From contig PDIP01000079.1 of the NCBI GenBank assembly GCA_002811645.1, positions 81,576-145,575 on the forward strand: 64,000 nt of DNA, given 5' to 3'. The position numbers and the translations under genes are program-made. The notes beneath the pieces were generated by a model that was not told the DNA's origin, did not search any database, and saw nothing but the letters and a program-made list of their open reading frames with translations. Position 1 is the stretch's first letter; each line of letters starts with the position of its first letter. Origin of the DNA: Corallochytrium limacisporum Hawaii (Eukaryota; Protista; Pluriformea). Below are positions 10,983-23,751 of the stretch, one piece after another.

Positions 10983-12860
10983 TTACAAATCCTTCCAAAG
11001 GTCAAATACATTGCCTTCAACGAAGTCGTTGTTCACCACATTCACCAGGAAGTAGTTCTCAATGACGTCACGTAAGACTTCCTTGCCTATGGACTTGTGT
11101 CCCAGGAGGTCCCACCAATGTGTCTGCCAGATGTGAAACGCTTCATCTTTCCACACATTAAAGCTTTCTGCATCGACGACGGTCGGCTGCAAAATCTCCC
11201 GGCCTGGAAAGACACCCCACGTGACTGCCGTAGTTTCATGATGCTCTTCGTAGTTGGTAAGCCGCTCTCCGGCACGATTGCGGGCATCATACTTGACTAC
11301 TTGAGAGTTTCCAATCTTGGAGATGATTGCATCGAGGCGCTGGCGACTACAGAAGAACTCCACGTATGACTTTTGGTAGACTGTACCCCGAGGTGGGCCC
11401 CATCCGAAGTCTGGGTGGCGGGAACCTGCACCGTTGACGGCGGGCTGACTGTTGATGGTCAAATAGCCATGACGGTTCAGGTTCAATAGTTGCTCGATGA
11501 TGTAGCCCGCTTCAGTTGTCAAGCTCTCCTCGAGCCATGGCAGGGATCCAAGGTCGCCCTTGAGGAATGCAACGAATACTTCAAAGAGATCATCTTCAGA
11601 CTCAAGCTTATACTTCAGCCATGGGCACTTAGAACGGTCCAGTGAATTGATCAAGTGATGTTCACTGAGGAAACCAAAAGCTGGGCTCCGATTGTCACCC
11701 CAGCGACCATTTGGAAATTGGTCCCAGCTCTCGGTGCGTAGAATATAAGACTGTGGCCGATTCTGCCAGAAGATCGGACGCACCACCTCGTCCAAGCGAT
11801 TCTCCTCCACAAAGGTTCTTGATCCCTCACCTTGCGCTCCTGGTGTTGGTTGCGGGAGCACCCGACGCCATGGCATAGATTCGACTGAAACACTGTCCGG
11901 AATCAGACCCGCATTCTTTAAAATGGAAACTAGCGGTTTCTCCATATTCATCGTGTAAAAGTGCAAGATGTTGAACCCATGCGCTTGCAATGCTGTAATT
12001 ATCTTGCCAATGATGTCCACTCCGATGGCCTGGACACGCTCGTCATCTGCACCGCTCTGGCGCAGTTGCTCAAGCGTCTCCTCTGGGACCATGGTCTGGC
12101 TAAGGCTGGTGATCCGCGTAAACTGGCGGTACGTAATAATTGGCATGATTCCCGGAATGATGGGTACTTCAATCCCAATCTTGCGACAGTCCGCAGCATA
12201 TCTGGCAAAGATGTCAACATCATAGCACAGTTGGCACATGATCAAATCTGCCCCGGCTTCAACCTTCATCTTTAAGTGCTCGAGGTCCTCTTCGTAGCTA
12301 GCGCATGATGGATGTCCTTCTGGATAGCCCGCGACAGCAACACAAAACAAGTCACCGTACTTCTCCCGAACGAATTTCACAAGATCGCTGGCATAGCGGA
12401 ACCGTACATTGGGGTCTTGTGTCTCTCCCGTGAAGTCTTCCATAGGTGGATCACCACGAAGAACCAGCAGGTTGCGAATGCCGTGGTCCTTGGCAAACTC
12501 TAGCGCATCCAAAACGACGTCTTCTTTCACATTGGTGCAGCAAATGTGCATCAAACACGCCGAATCTGTATGCTCCCGAATGTACTTGCAGATTTCTTTA
12601 GTTTTTGGAACACCGGATCCGTCGCTGGGCCACGTGACATCAATGAAAAGTGGTCTCAACATACTAAGGCGCTTGATCCGATCCTGCAGGTTGATCATAC
12701 CCTTATCAGTCCGCGGTGGAAAGAACTCCATACTGAAGGTACTCCGTGACTTGCTGCCCGCAGCCATGATCACTTTAATCTTCTCATCAGGCTCTTTTTC
12801 CTGAGCAGAGTATAATGCTACAGGAGGGGAGTTACCCCCGTTGTTCTTGCCACCGAGCAT
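10983..12860 (-). CDS. MTHFR: Methylenetetrahydrofolate reductase, eukaryotic type with SAM-binding regulatory domain
   Basis: FSMEFFPPRT, LRGDPP, VAGYPEGH, LHFYTMN, VRPIFW.NRP.SY..RT..WD.FPNGRWGD.RSPAFG, TINSQP, AVTWGVFPGREI.QPT. Confidence 0.97.
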   Translation of the reverse strand: MLGGKNNGGNSPPVALYSAQEKEPDEKIKVIMAAGSKSRSTFSMEFFPPRTDKGMINLQDRIKRLSMLRPLFIDVTWPSDGSGVPKTKEICKYIREHTDSACLMHICCTNVKEDVVLDALEFAKDHGIRNLLVLRGDPPMEDFTGETQDPNVRFRYASDLVKFVREKYGDLFCVAVAGYPEGHPSCASYEEDLEHLKMKVEAGADLIMCQLCYDVDIFARYAADCRKIGIEVPIIPGIMPIITYRQFTRITSLSQTMVPEETLEQLRQSGADDERVQAIGVDIIGKIITALQAHGFNILHFYTMNMEKPLVSILKNAGLIPDSVSVESMPWRRVLPQPTPGAQGEGSRTFVEENRLDEVVRPIFWQNRPQSYILRTESWDQFPNGRWGDNRSPAFGFLSEHHLINSLDRSKCPWLKYKLESEDDLFEVFVAFLKGDLGSLPWLEESLTTEAGYIIEQLLNLNRHGYLTINSQPAVNGAGSRHPDFGWGPPRGTVYQKSYVEFFCSRQRLDAIISKIGNSQVVKYDARNRAGERLTNYEEHHETTAVTWGVFPGREILQPTVVDAESFNVWKDEAFHIWQTHWWDLLGHKSIGKEVLRDVIENYFLVNVVNNDFVEGNVFDLWKDL

Positions 12861-14211
12861 GGTGGAGGACTTCCTAGTGCTTCCCTACGTTACGCGAACA
12901 AGCGTTAGTGGCAATCTTCAGTGTACCCCTTCAAGTACTCGTACTCGTTCCCGCTGAGGCCATGCAAAATCCCCCTTGGCACCAACCAGCTCTCAGGGGG
13001 GTTTGCTTTATCGCTAACCCTGGGGTCGGGGATTAGCCGCACTTTCACTATGGTGAAGGGGAAGCTCAGTACTGATATAACCACCGTTAGCTCGTGCTGC
13101 AGTGAGCAGTGGCACTGTCCACTGATGCCACTTTTTCTGAACAGTTTCAGGGGAAGACCGGGGCATGTGAGAGGCTTAAGGCCGAAGAGGGGGCACAGGG
13201 GTGATTATCGCATTCGTTGTGCTGATTAGTGAACAATAAATGTCATATAAAGAATACTGTGCAAAGTAAAGTTCTCTTCAAAGGGACGTATAGAAACGCA
13301 CAAAATATGAACATGAAACGAATATTTACCAGATCCAGTTTGCGCATATGGACCTATTTCATTGCATAACGTAATATGTTTAGTATTAAATATGAGAAAA
13401 GCCTTCGTCCCTGGACCTATCAATTCGAGTAGGAAAGCCCCTTCACACCCCGCGTCCCATTCCGTGCCGTGTGTTCCGTAGCCGCGCTCGTCGAAGCCTG
13501 GCCGCTGCGGGATTGGAGCGGCCCGCAGGCTCTCCATTACTGAAGTCGCTCACTTCTCGCTGGCGCGCGCTCTCTCGGTCGGCCCTCTTACCCCCCCTCT
13601 CTCTGTGTCTCTGACCAGCTGCCTTGGTCTCTCCCGAGCCAGGCAGGCCGAAGGCAACTCACTACTCACTGGCCTACCCCCTCGCTCTCCAATCCTGCAG
13701 ACCCCCTCCTCGCCTTTGTGTCTCTCTCCCGGAAAGTTGGGAGTGCAGCGCAACCTTCAACCTCCAACTCTCTCTATCTCTCCCCCCCCCCTCCCCGCGT
13801 GTGCGGCTGGGACGTCGTCCCAAGGCCCGGTTAGGGAGGCCCTCGCCTACCCGACTTGGGCGATTCTTTTTGGTCTTGGCCTACACTTTTGTTCCCGAAG
13901 CCCCACCCGGGAAGGGGAGCGAGGTGGGACCCCGCCACTTCCCCCCCCCCCCCCCCCCCCCGGGGGGGGGGGGGCCGGTGGGGGGCCTTGCGTGCTGTTT
14001 CTTCTTGAGGGGTTGCCTATTGAAGAACTTTGGTGAACCGCGGGGCAAACCACCAGCGCCCATACCTGAGCAATGTCCCCAAGAGAAGATGGTAATGTGG
14101 ATGGGCTCTGTCGCTAACCCATGTATAACTTTTAGGAATGTTTCTATTGGGTTGTTTCATTTTGGGGCCGCTTGCCCGCAGCGAACACAACTGTGCTCCA
14201 TCGATGAGCTC

Positions 14212-14874
14212 TTAATCCGAAATCTCACCCTCTTCCACATCCCCGTTACCGGCCGCAGCAGAGGCATCGTACAGAACACTTTGCACAACCTCCAAGTCGT
14301 GAGGATAGTATGGAATCCGGACGCCTCCCTGAAGAGGAACATCGACCTCATCTTCCGTGGGCGGCCTCGTCGCGTGCACGGAGTAGGCCGCTTGTCGCAT
14401 GACATCGTCAATGTTCACAGCGTTCTTGTGGCTTCGCTGCATGACAGCCAACCGTACCTTGGCCTCTACCAGCGATTCGCCGAGTCTGAACTCGGCTTTG
14501 CTCAGCAGTTCGGCCATGGCATTCAGTTTATCATCCTGATCTTTGACATACTGTGACAACCGGGTCATTCTTGCGTACTGCTCAGTATGCAGATCGGCCA
14601 TTTTCGAAATTTCTTGCAGCCTCTTCTCTTCTTCAACTACTTTCTCAGTGAGTTCCCTCAGTTGTGTGTCCGACATATTGGTACTTCCCAAGTCAAGATC
14701 GTTGGCCCTGCTGTCTTTGTTTGTTGAGGCCGCAATGGCTTGCAGCAACTGGTGAACATGCATTCTGTAGTTGGCCAGGGACTGTTCCAGCGCGACCCGC
14801 GGCGGAATGTCACCATTTTTCAGGCCCACAATGAGGGCGTCTATAGTACCCTTGCCTTCCGTATTAGATTCCAT
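14212..14874 (-). CDS. MED4: Mediator subunit 4-like coiled-coil protein (alternative ATG at 14922)
   Basis: Coiled coil followed by VNIDDVMRQAAYSVHATRPP...RIPYYPHDLEVVQSVLY, resembling the Med4 C-terminal ...PP...PYP....G.L motif; acidic tail. Confidence 0.55.
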   Translation of the reverse strand: MESNTEGKGTIDALIVGLKNGDIPPRVALEQSLANYRMHVHQLLQAIAASTNKDSRANDLDLGSTNMSDTQLRELTEKVVEEEKRLQEISKMADLHTEQYARMTRLSQYVKDQDDKLNAMAELLSKAEFRLGESLVEAKVRLAVMQRSHKNAVNIDDVMRQAAYSVHATRPPTEDEVDVPLQGGVRIPYYPHDLEVVQSVLYDASAAAGNGDVEEGEISD

Positions 14875-15509
14875 GGTTCTCTGTGCGCTTAGTTGTGTGA
14901 AAATGAAGAACTCCTTTGCCATATACAAAGCTACATCACCTATTGTATTTCACCGTTTTCTTATGATTGACTTATGACATCTATTTCACAGACCGGATAC
15001 TTATTTTCCGCGAATACAGTTCCGGCATGAATATTCATATCACACATACTCTCATATACTGAATCGAATTGATAGCGCCATAGCCATACGAAATACCCCA
15101 CATAGACTCTATGGTCTGACAACTACGGCGGACACGGGTGCTACAGTGGTTCCCGTGCTGTGGCACAGGTGAACAAGCAGCGCAGACGACGATGAAGGAG
15201 GGGGGACCTAGTGTGCTTGCGGAGGTGGCGAGTTACGCGCCTCCCCAAACCCCTTTCACCAAGGCTGTCACAGACCGACCAGTGGGGGGAGTCCAAACGG
15301 GAATGAACCTGTACCCAACAGCAGTAGCATTGTGTCCGCATCAACAGTATAAGTGCAAGTTACGATCAAGAGGCAATTTCTCACCTCAGTGAAAGATAGG
15401 TTTATACACGAAGAGGCCTCTGGTATGTAAGGAAAATGCGTTTGATCAGTCTGAAACCGGCAGTCTGACGTCGCTCTGTGTTCACGTAACCGAGCACAAC
15501 GCCAAAAAT

Positions 15510-16602
15510 ATGGACTTTGACATTAATCTGGACAGTGAGGAAGTTGACATTCTCACTATAGCATACAATGCCACCGGATCAAAGACCAGGCTGAATGTAG
15601 GTCCTTTGCGTGCGGAACCTACTGAGATACAGAAGTTTGTGGTCGAAAGAGACTGTGTAGGGCACAGACACCAGAAAAGAACGGGCACCTTTCCAGAGAG
15701 CAATCCAGGCAGTGCGTACAGCGCCCCTTTTTCCTTTGCCGATCAAGGAAACATAAGCAATGGGCCGTCCAAAAAGCCAAACACCCATGTAGCCAACTCG
15801 GATTCCCGCTATTCCACGTCGAAGCACGAAAACCTAGTGAGAGGGCGAGCACCTGTGATAGAACAAGGTATCGCTCGTGCTGTTCACAGCAAACAGCTTC
15901 AAGATCTGGCGAGAGAGAAGGTACCATCCCCTCAAGAACTTTTGGGGCGGATCAAGTTTCTGTCAGACGGATTCTCGACAGGTTTTGCCAACCCAGGTGC
16001 GGAAGTCGACGATTTGACCGGCTCTCATACAGACATGGATGTCAACGGAACACAAGGAAAAGAAAGTCATGCCTATCACATGGGGTGCTCTCGAAGCAGT
16101 GCTGGAGGTCATTGCCACCCAACTGCAGTGCTCTGTGACTGCCAGCGAGGTCGGACACAGAGCCATGGACGAGCAACAAAATCGCTTACAGAGTCTGATG
16201 GATGTTATCGACCAGCAAATCGCATACATTGCAAGTGACGAGACTGCTCGCCAAGAAGCCCTGAAACGCTTGGTTACTGTCCTTCGTGACGTTGAGTCCC
16301 ATCGCAGCAGTCTTCGGCTGTACAACCGTACCCTCGAAGGATTCAGGTCTACCATTGTCGACAGCCAGATTCTGGCGCACTACAGAGCACTCGGTCGAGA
16401 AGGATCGGGAATTTTGGAGATTCGGGACTATGAGCCAAACACAGCCAGGAGCGGTCACTCCCAAGAGACTAATTTGGCGAGTGGTCAGATGTCCACAGCT
16501 TCTTCAGAACTAAATGATCATTATCTGGCCAACATGAATGATGCTAATGTGATCAGACAGCAGCAGAGACTCTTGCAACAGATCCGGGTTATGCAGGACT
16601 GA
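15510..16602 (+). CDS. Hypothetical protein with a disordered N-terminus and coiled-coil C-terminus; probably two exons (15510-15920, 16033-16602), ~326 aa
   Basis: Two overlapping ORFs in different frames joined in phase by AAG|GTACCA ... TTGAC ... CATACAG|. Confidence 0.5.
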
Positions 16603-16788
16603 CACAGCAAACCAACGGCACAACATAAACAGTAGTATTTCTCTTTTGGGATTCGACACGAACCAACTTAACTTCCATTTAATTCAATAAATAAAGCGTG
16701 ATGAAGGTGCCCCCGGGCATCCGTACCTTTTCCCGCGGTTGCCTTAAGAACAAACCCCGACAAAAAGACCCCCGGGGGTTTACTGAAT

Positions 16789-18087
<1,299 letters not shown>

Positions 18088-20213
18088 TTAAATATCTTTA
18101 CAAGAGTCTGTCTTGGCACTAACCGACGAACTGAACGAGCAAGAAACTTCGTATGTTTGTTGTGACCGCTCTGCTCTGCTCCCTGGGGAGCCACCGCCCC
18201 GGAAAGTTCTCCCCCTTTGTTGTTCCAAGGCGAAAACAGTACGTCGCACCAAGTCCCTCTCTTTTTTTTTTTCCAGTCTTAATCCACTGCCCGTGCATTA
18301 GAAAGAATGCGAAAGAAACTGATCATGTCATGTCAAAATGGTTCGCGGCTCTCCTGTGGCCAATGTTTCTAGTATATGACGATAAAAGTAAGGCATACTG
18401 ACACTGGTCGTGATCGAACCGTGAGCGTTTGTATAGGCTCTCTATCGGCTTTTCTTACCATTGTCCTCGATTTCGTGTTTGTTCGAGAGCCCCACCCCCC
18501 TCTCCCACAAACTCTGGTGCCCCGGTACGGTAGCTGGCGCAGATAAGTGTCCTCCGGAACCCCCCCCCCCTCCGACCAACTTTTTTCGGTGTCCCCACGT
18601 CGTTATCTCTTTCCGTACGTTCACTACAGAAGCCGCCCTGCAGCGCGCAGTGCCCCGTCACGACCAACTATTACACCAACCGTGCCAAAACGGCGGATGG
18701 AGAGACCCTCTGTGGTAGGGTCCATTGGGCAAGAAAAGCCCTCTCACACTTTCTTGCGGCTGCAAAGGGAAGACGCGAGGATTAGTCCCGGAAGTGGTTC
18801 ATCTGAATACCTTTCAAATCGATTATTTCAACATTGGAATAGTGAATATATTGATATTTTAAGCACTCCACCGCGAATTGGATGCCATGGGTGCGGGCAC
18901 GAGGGAGAGCCAAGTGCACCAAGACCCTTCCGTAAGCAAGACGGACCAGCACAAGACCGAGGGGTACCGACTAATACCTTCGCGCTTTTCCTTCCGGAAA
19001 AAAACCCATACCAGGGACATAGGAGCGGAGGAGTCAATCCCTACTCAACGTTCACTCTACGACTCGTCTACAAATACTACTGGTTCATGCGCAAAGCTAC
19101 GCCAACAACTCCCGCCCCCCTTTTTAACCCCTTCTCCCCAAACCCACCAAGTATCCCCACTATGGAAAATGCTGACGAATGAGATTAGGCGCACTTGGCG
19201 GGGTCGGATGGGGCCTCTTTTGGACAAGAGTGGCATACACTTCTGATGGAGAGTGATGACTCCTGGACTGCCGCTCCGTACATTCTACACTAACGAAAAC
19301 GGGACACCACACCTACAAGAAGGAAAGGAGACTGGACATGGAGCTTGGCCCATTGGGGCGGGGCCCCCGGAAGGAAGTGGGGGGTGGGGGGTAGACGACT
19401 TTTTCTAGAACAATAGCACAGGGTAAGGAAGTCTCATAAAGAACCAATACCTTTTTCCACGACCGGACAAGGCAAAACAGCTCCATTTTGCTATTTAATG
19501 TTTAGCCTACAAAGTGAAATATCGGAGGCTCGTGCATAGTACATTGCGAAATCGGAACTGGCCCATTCAGAGCACGCCCAAACTCATACTTTTCTCTGCG
19601 TCAGGCTATCAGTCATCCATCATCAGCAGGCAGAAAGCTTCTGTGATCGTAATATGGGTACACTGAGAATGAATCTGACGATTTTAGTTAGAAACATTCG
19701 CTGGCTGAGCCGAACGGTAGGGACGGAGCACGGGACCGGGGCTTTGTTTGATGAAATAGTTAAAAACGGGTGTGGAAAAAGAGAGGGGGAGCGAAAACAG
19801 ATCCTCTGGGATCGACACTTGCGCAAAGCTCAGGGTAGGAGGGGACATTGCAAAGTTTGGAGTTTTGTCATAATGAGAGTGAGAAAGGGATAAAGAATAC
19901 TTAGGGATATTTAGTAGCGGTGATGCGGGATTAGAAAACTTGGATTGTGGGACACCACGGGAACTATGCAGTTCACTGTGTACTTACAATGCCAAGAAAA
20001 TTCGGTGATTTTTTGCATCTCTCCAAACTGGCACCCGGTAGGCGTAATGGGAGAGGCAACTCCAGACTCACCAACCCAACACAGAACAAAGTTCTTGGGT
20101 CACCTCTGCTACACCTTCCCGGTTGGACGGACCCACTCATTTAGTACTGAATATGGGGCATGGTACAGACTGAACGGATGATACCCCCTCCCTGTAGTCG
20201 GGAAAGAAAGGAA

Positions 20214-20333
20214 ATACCCCTCGGCTTCGGGCTTCGGGCTCCTGGCGATGCCAGAGCCACTAGCGGACCGAAGCAGGGTGTATATGGCTCCATCCGCAAA
20301 ATCCCGGACTTGAACGCGTGAAAACGCGGAGCC
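20214..20333. ncRNA. Candidate structured RNA (long hairpin plus a branched domain with a GAAA tetraloop), family unknown
   Basis: Nested complementarity GCTTCGG/CCGAAGC, GGCT/AGCC, CTGGC/GCCAG, GGCTC/GAGCC, TCCG/CGGA, CGCGT-GAAA-ACGCG. Confidence 0.3.
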
Positions 20334-22579
20334 GCGCTTCTTTCCAAGAGAGTCAAGAAGAAAGATAGTCTCAGGTGTGTGCGGTCCATTGAGTACGCAC
20401 CCCTGCTCTTCGTGATTGTGGATGGCCTGATTGGCATTTTTGGGACGCGATGGCACGGATTTGTCGACGCACAAAGATGCGCTCGCTGTGGGCGACACGG
20501 TTCTTGGCTGGCCTATTGCACGTCGTGAACGAACCTTGACGAGCCAGTCCGCGGCTGCTAAGCAAAGGAAGCAATGGCCGAGGAGAAGATAGCATGAAAC
20601 CCTAGTGAATTCATAGGTAGTCTGGGTTCATTGGCTGTAAAGCGGAGTCCTTTTTATATAGTTCAGACTCGATTTGGCGCCAAATATCTCCAGCTGCTGG
20701 GTGCCAAACATGGCTGCGAAAGCCATTGTGATCTGCGCATGAGCGTGCTCGTAGATTTGCGCCACGACTTGGTAATCGTCATGGACAACTTTGGTCCTGA
20801 ATATTGGTCCTGAATACCTGACAGTATCCGAGCTGGATGTCGATCTCTCCATGGTCCGACAGGGTCTGGGATCGGAATGATCGCTGTCTTCGTACCATAG
20901 TTGGAGACGGAATCGCTAGGATGTTCCTGCCTTGGATGATGCCCATCGACCATGACGGGGATGTGCTCCAAAGATCTTCCTGTTCTTCGCCTGCAGTCCT
21001 CGACACTTCCCCATGAGCATAGTCTGCCGGTCGTGTACTTACCACCACGTTCCCGGTCCCCGAATGTACTAGTCCCCCTAAACCGTGATTTAATGGACCC
21101 CCGTCAGCTCCCCACCCGGCCTTAAACTCTGTTGCGTAAAAGGCCACGAGCGTGACCCAACCAAATGACAAGTGGTAGTACCACTGCGGGGTCACAGGAC
21201 CCTTGGTACATTCACTACGCTCTTTCCCGGCTCCAAGGTCGTCAGCTGAACCCTTTCTGTCCGCTGCCTGATCCGTGGTCCGGAAGTGGAGCGCGTAGCG
21301 CAAAGATCAGAAGGTGTGCAACGACGGAGGTTAAGCAGAGATTTTTTTTTTCTTTTCTGCGGGGCCAAATCCATATATTTTCTTCCTCCTCGCACCACTG
21401 CCAGCTCGTCATTCTTACCGTATCGAGACCGACACTGTACCCACCTCCCGCGGAGGTCTTCCGATAGTGCATGATTGTACCGATATTCTAATACTGCCTG
21501 GCTCAATGACCTCACAAGAATCTCTTCGAGGAGTGACTAGCAGCGGTCAACAATCCGTGGTCCTTATTTTCATAGTAGATTTGTTGGATCTGCGCCACCC
21601 ACTTGAGTTGTTTTGTCATTTGCAGATAATCACATCCCGCACCCGTGTGTCCCTTATTACCGGAAGCAAGAGTATGAACCATTTGTGCGCAACAGGACGT
21701 ATTCAGGGGTCGAGGATGACTGAGTTGGGAACTGTTGTCTCAACCATAGCGGCTCCACGACTGATGAGATTTCCAACTAGATGCGCAGTACTAAACAAAC
21801 TGCTTATAATTAACGACTGGCTCGTAGGCCACGCATGCGGGACATTACGAAAGCATCGGACCGGCCGCCCGCCTGGCATTCAAAGGTCAACAAATCGACG
21901 GAGAAGGGGAGGCGGGTTCTATTCGTCACATTTTCTCCCTCGGTTGGACTATCCATAGTCAATGTAATGGTCATGTGGGCGGTGCCACACCAATCACACA
22001 CCGGGAGCGACACATCTACCGCCGCTCCTGCCGTTCGACGGGCGGTTTCCTTCGCTTTCGCTCGCGGGAGTGGTATGTCCCCGAAACCAAGTCTCGGGGC
22101 CTGACCGCAGTACACATTGGCAGAAATGGGACGAGGAAAAGAAAAGCCAGGGAAGAAAGGAAGGGGAGGCGTGCGCCGGTACCCTCTCTCCGGAGCTTGG
22201 CACGGGTCTCCAATCAGTCGGAAAACGGGAAAATCGAAAGTGACTGTCCAACGCTTTTCCATTTCGTTTGTAGGTTAGATTGCGTAGTGGTGTAGATGTG
22301 TTCACATCAAGGTATTTTGTGGGTATGGTATTACTTTTCCAATGGCAAGTTCTCAATAGAGTCATCTGTCGAAATGCAGACATAGCAGTGTCTCATGTAA
22401 TACGTGTACACGTAGCAGGACATAAACAACAGTCTTGTTGACCAATCTGTGAGCCAGTGCGCTTTCATTCAGGTCCGTGCACACAGTGATTTGTCGAAAA
22501 CGATACATTTGTTAATTTTGTACGAGGGAGGCCTTCGGGCGTAAATATTTTCAAGATAGCACCAAAAACTCTTGCTCAA

Positions 22580-23617
22580 ATGACCATGGGCGGGTCTCAA
22601 GAAAAAGAGACCACAATCTGGCAACAGATTCAATCCCATGAACAGTCTCGTCGGATCTTCTGGTATCTTATGGTAACTTGCTCATTTGCATTCGTAGAAT
22701 TCTTCTTTGGCTGGTACACAAACTCTCTCAGTCTGATTTCAGACAGTTTCCATATGGCGTTTGACAGCACTGCTCTGATCATTGGTTTGGCGGCCACGCT
22801 GGTGAGCTTTTGGCCAGCTGACGAACGCTACAACTTCGGATACGGACGCAGTGAAGCTGTTGGATCGCTTATCATCGCCTTATCGCTGGCTGTCTCAGGG
22901 TTGATGGTCCTGCAGGAGGGTATTCAGCGCCTGTACATCATGCCTGAGATTGACACGAAAGGCCTATTGTTGGTGAGCACTTTGGGCTTTCTGGTAAATC
23001 TTCTTGGTATATTCATGCTGGGTGATGCGGATGAACTATCAGTAGTGCACAAGCTTGAAGCTCTTGCGGAGAAATCGGAGGAAATGTTGAGTAGCAGCAG
23101 CCAGAACGGCGTGGGTAAGAAAGCCGATCTCGACAACGAGGTTGCCCCGAAGGCGAAGAATACGCTCATGAATGGAGTGATGTTGCATGTCGTGATGGAT
23201 ACGTTGGGATCACTGGGTGTTATGTTTAGCACATTCATGATTAAGAGGTACGGGTATCTTTGGGTGGATCCAATTTGTGCAATTGGTGTGGCCATTCTCA
23301 TCCTCACCTCTGTGTACCCGCTTCTGCGTGATACCTTTGAGGTGCTTATGGAAGGTGTTCCATGGTCGGTCAAGCCTGCCGTCGACGCTTGTCGTCGAGA
23401 TATCCAGGCCATGCCCGCAGTGCGCTCAGTAGTCGACTACAAAGCCTGGGCTGTGGACTATGCAACTTTCAATTGCAATGTCCGCATCGAGGTTGGTTCA
23501 GAACGGGCTGCCCAGCACAATGACATTGTGGCGGCTGTACAGAAGCGAGCCCTTGGGCACGGACTGAAGAACTGCTTCGTCGAAGTTCTCTATGTCGATG
23601 GAATACTAGTAGGCTAG
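22580..23617 (+). CDS. Cation diffusion facilitator Zn transporter, ZnT5/ZnT7/Msc2-like
   Basis: NSLSLISDSFHMAFD (HxxxD), FGYGR.E, LHVVMDTLGS (HxxxD), DPIC; six TM segments plus a C-terminal cytosolic domain. Confidence 0.93.
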   Translation: MTMGGSQEKETTIWQQIQSHEQSRRIFWYLMVTCSFAFVEFFFGWYTNSLSLISDSFHMAFDSTALIIGLAATLVSFWPADERYNFGYGRSEAVGSLIIALSLAVSGLMVLQEGIQRLYIMPEIDTKGLLLVSTLGFLVNLLGIFMLGDADELSVVHKLEALAEKSEEMLSSSSQNGVGKKADLDNEVAPKAKNTLMNGVMLHVVMDTLGSLGVMFSTFMIKRYGYLWVDPICAIGVAILILTSVYPLLRDTFEVLMEGVPWSVKPAVDACRRDIQAMPAVRSVVDYKAWAVDYATFNCNVRIEVGSERAAQHNDIVAAVQKRALGHGLKNCFVEVLYVDGILVG

Positions 23618-23751
23618 ATATTCCACTACCATCACAATAACGTTCGACATACCTACATATCCTTAATCATCATCTCTGTTCGATTTAAAGAATTATCTTG
23701 CTCACAGTATCACGTACAAAACAATAAAAAGACAGAAACTACAGAAGGCAC

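Noticed and set aside
13940-13990. Poly-C directly followed by poly-G (apparent hairpin), and the Pro/Gly-rich ORFs 13605-14036 and 13624-14556
   Set aside because: Low-complexity, probably error-prone gap fill; the longer ORF is largely antisense to MED4
20500-20900. Minus-strand fragments (PVGPWRDR, VFRTN/GPIFRTK) reminiscent of a cytochrome P450 N-terminus
   Set aside because: The fragments lie in different frames with wrong spacing, partly arise from a 13-bp tandem duplication (20791-20816), and no ExxR or heme-Cys motif was found
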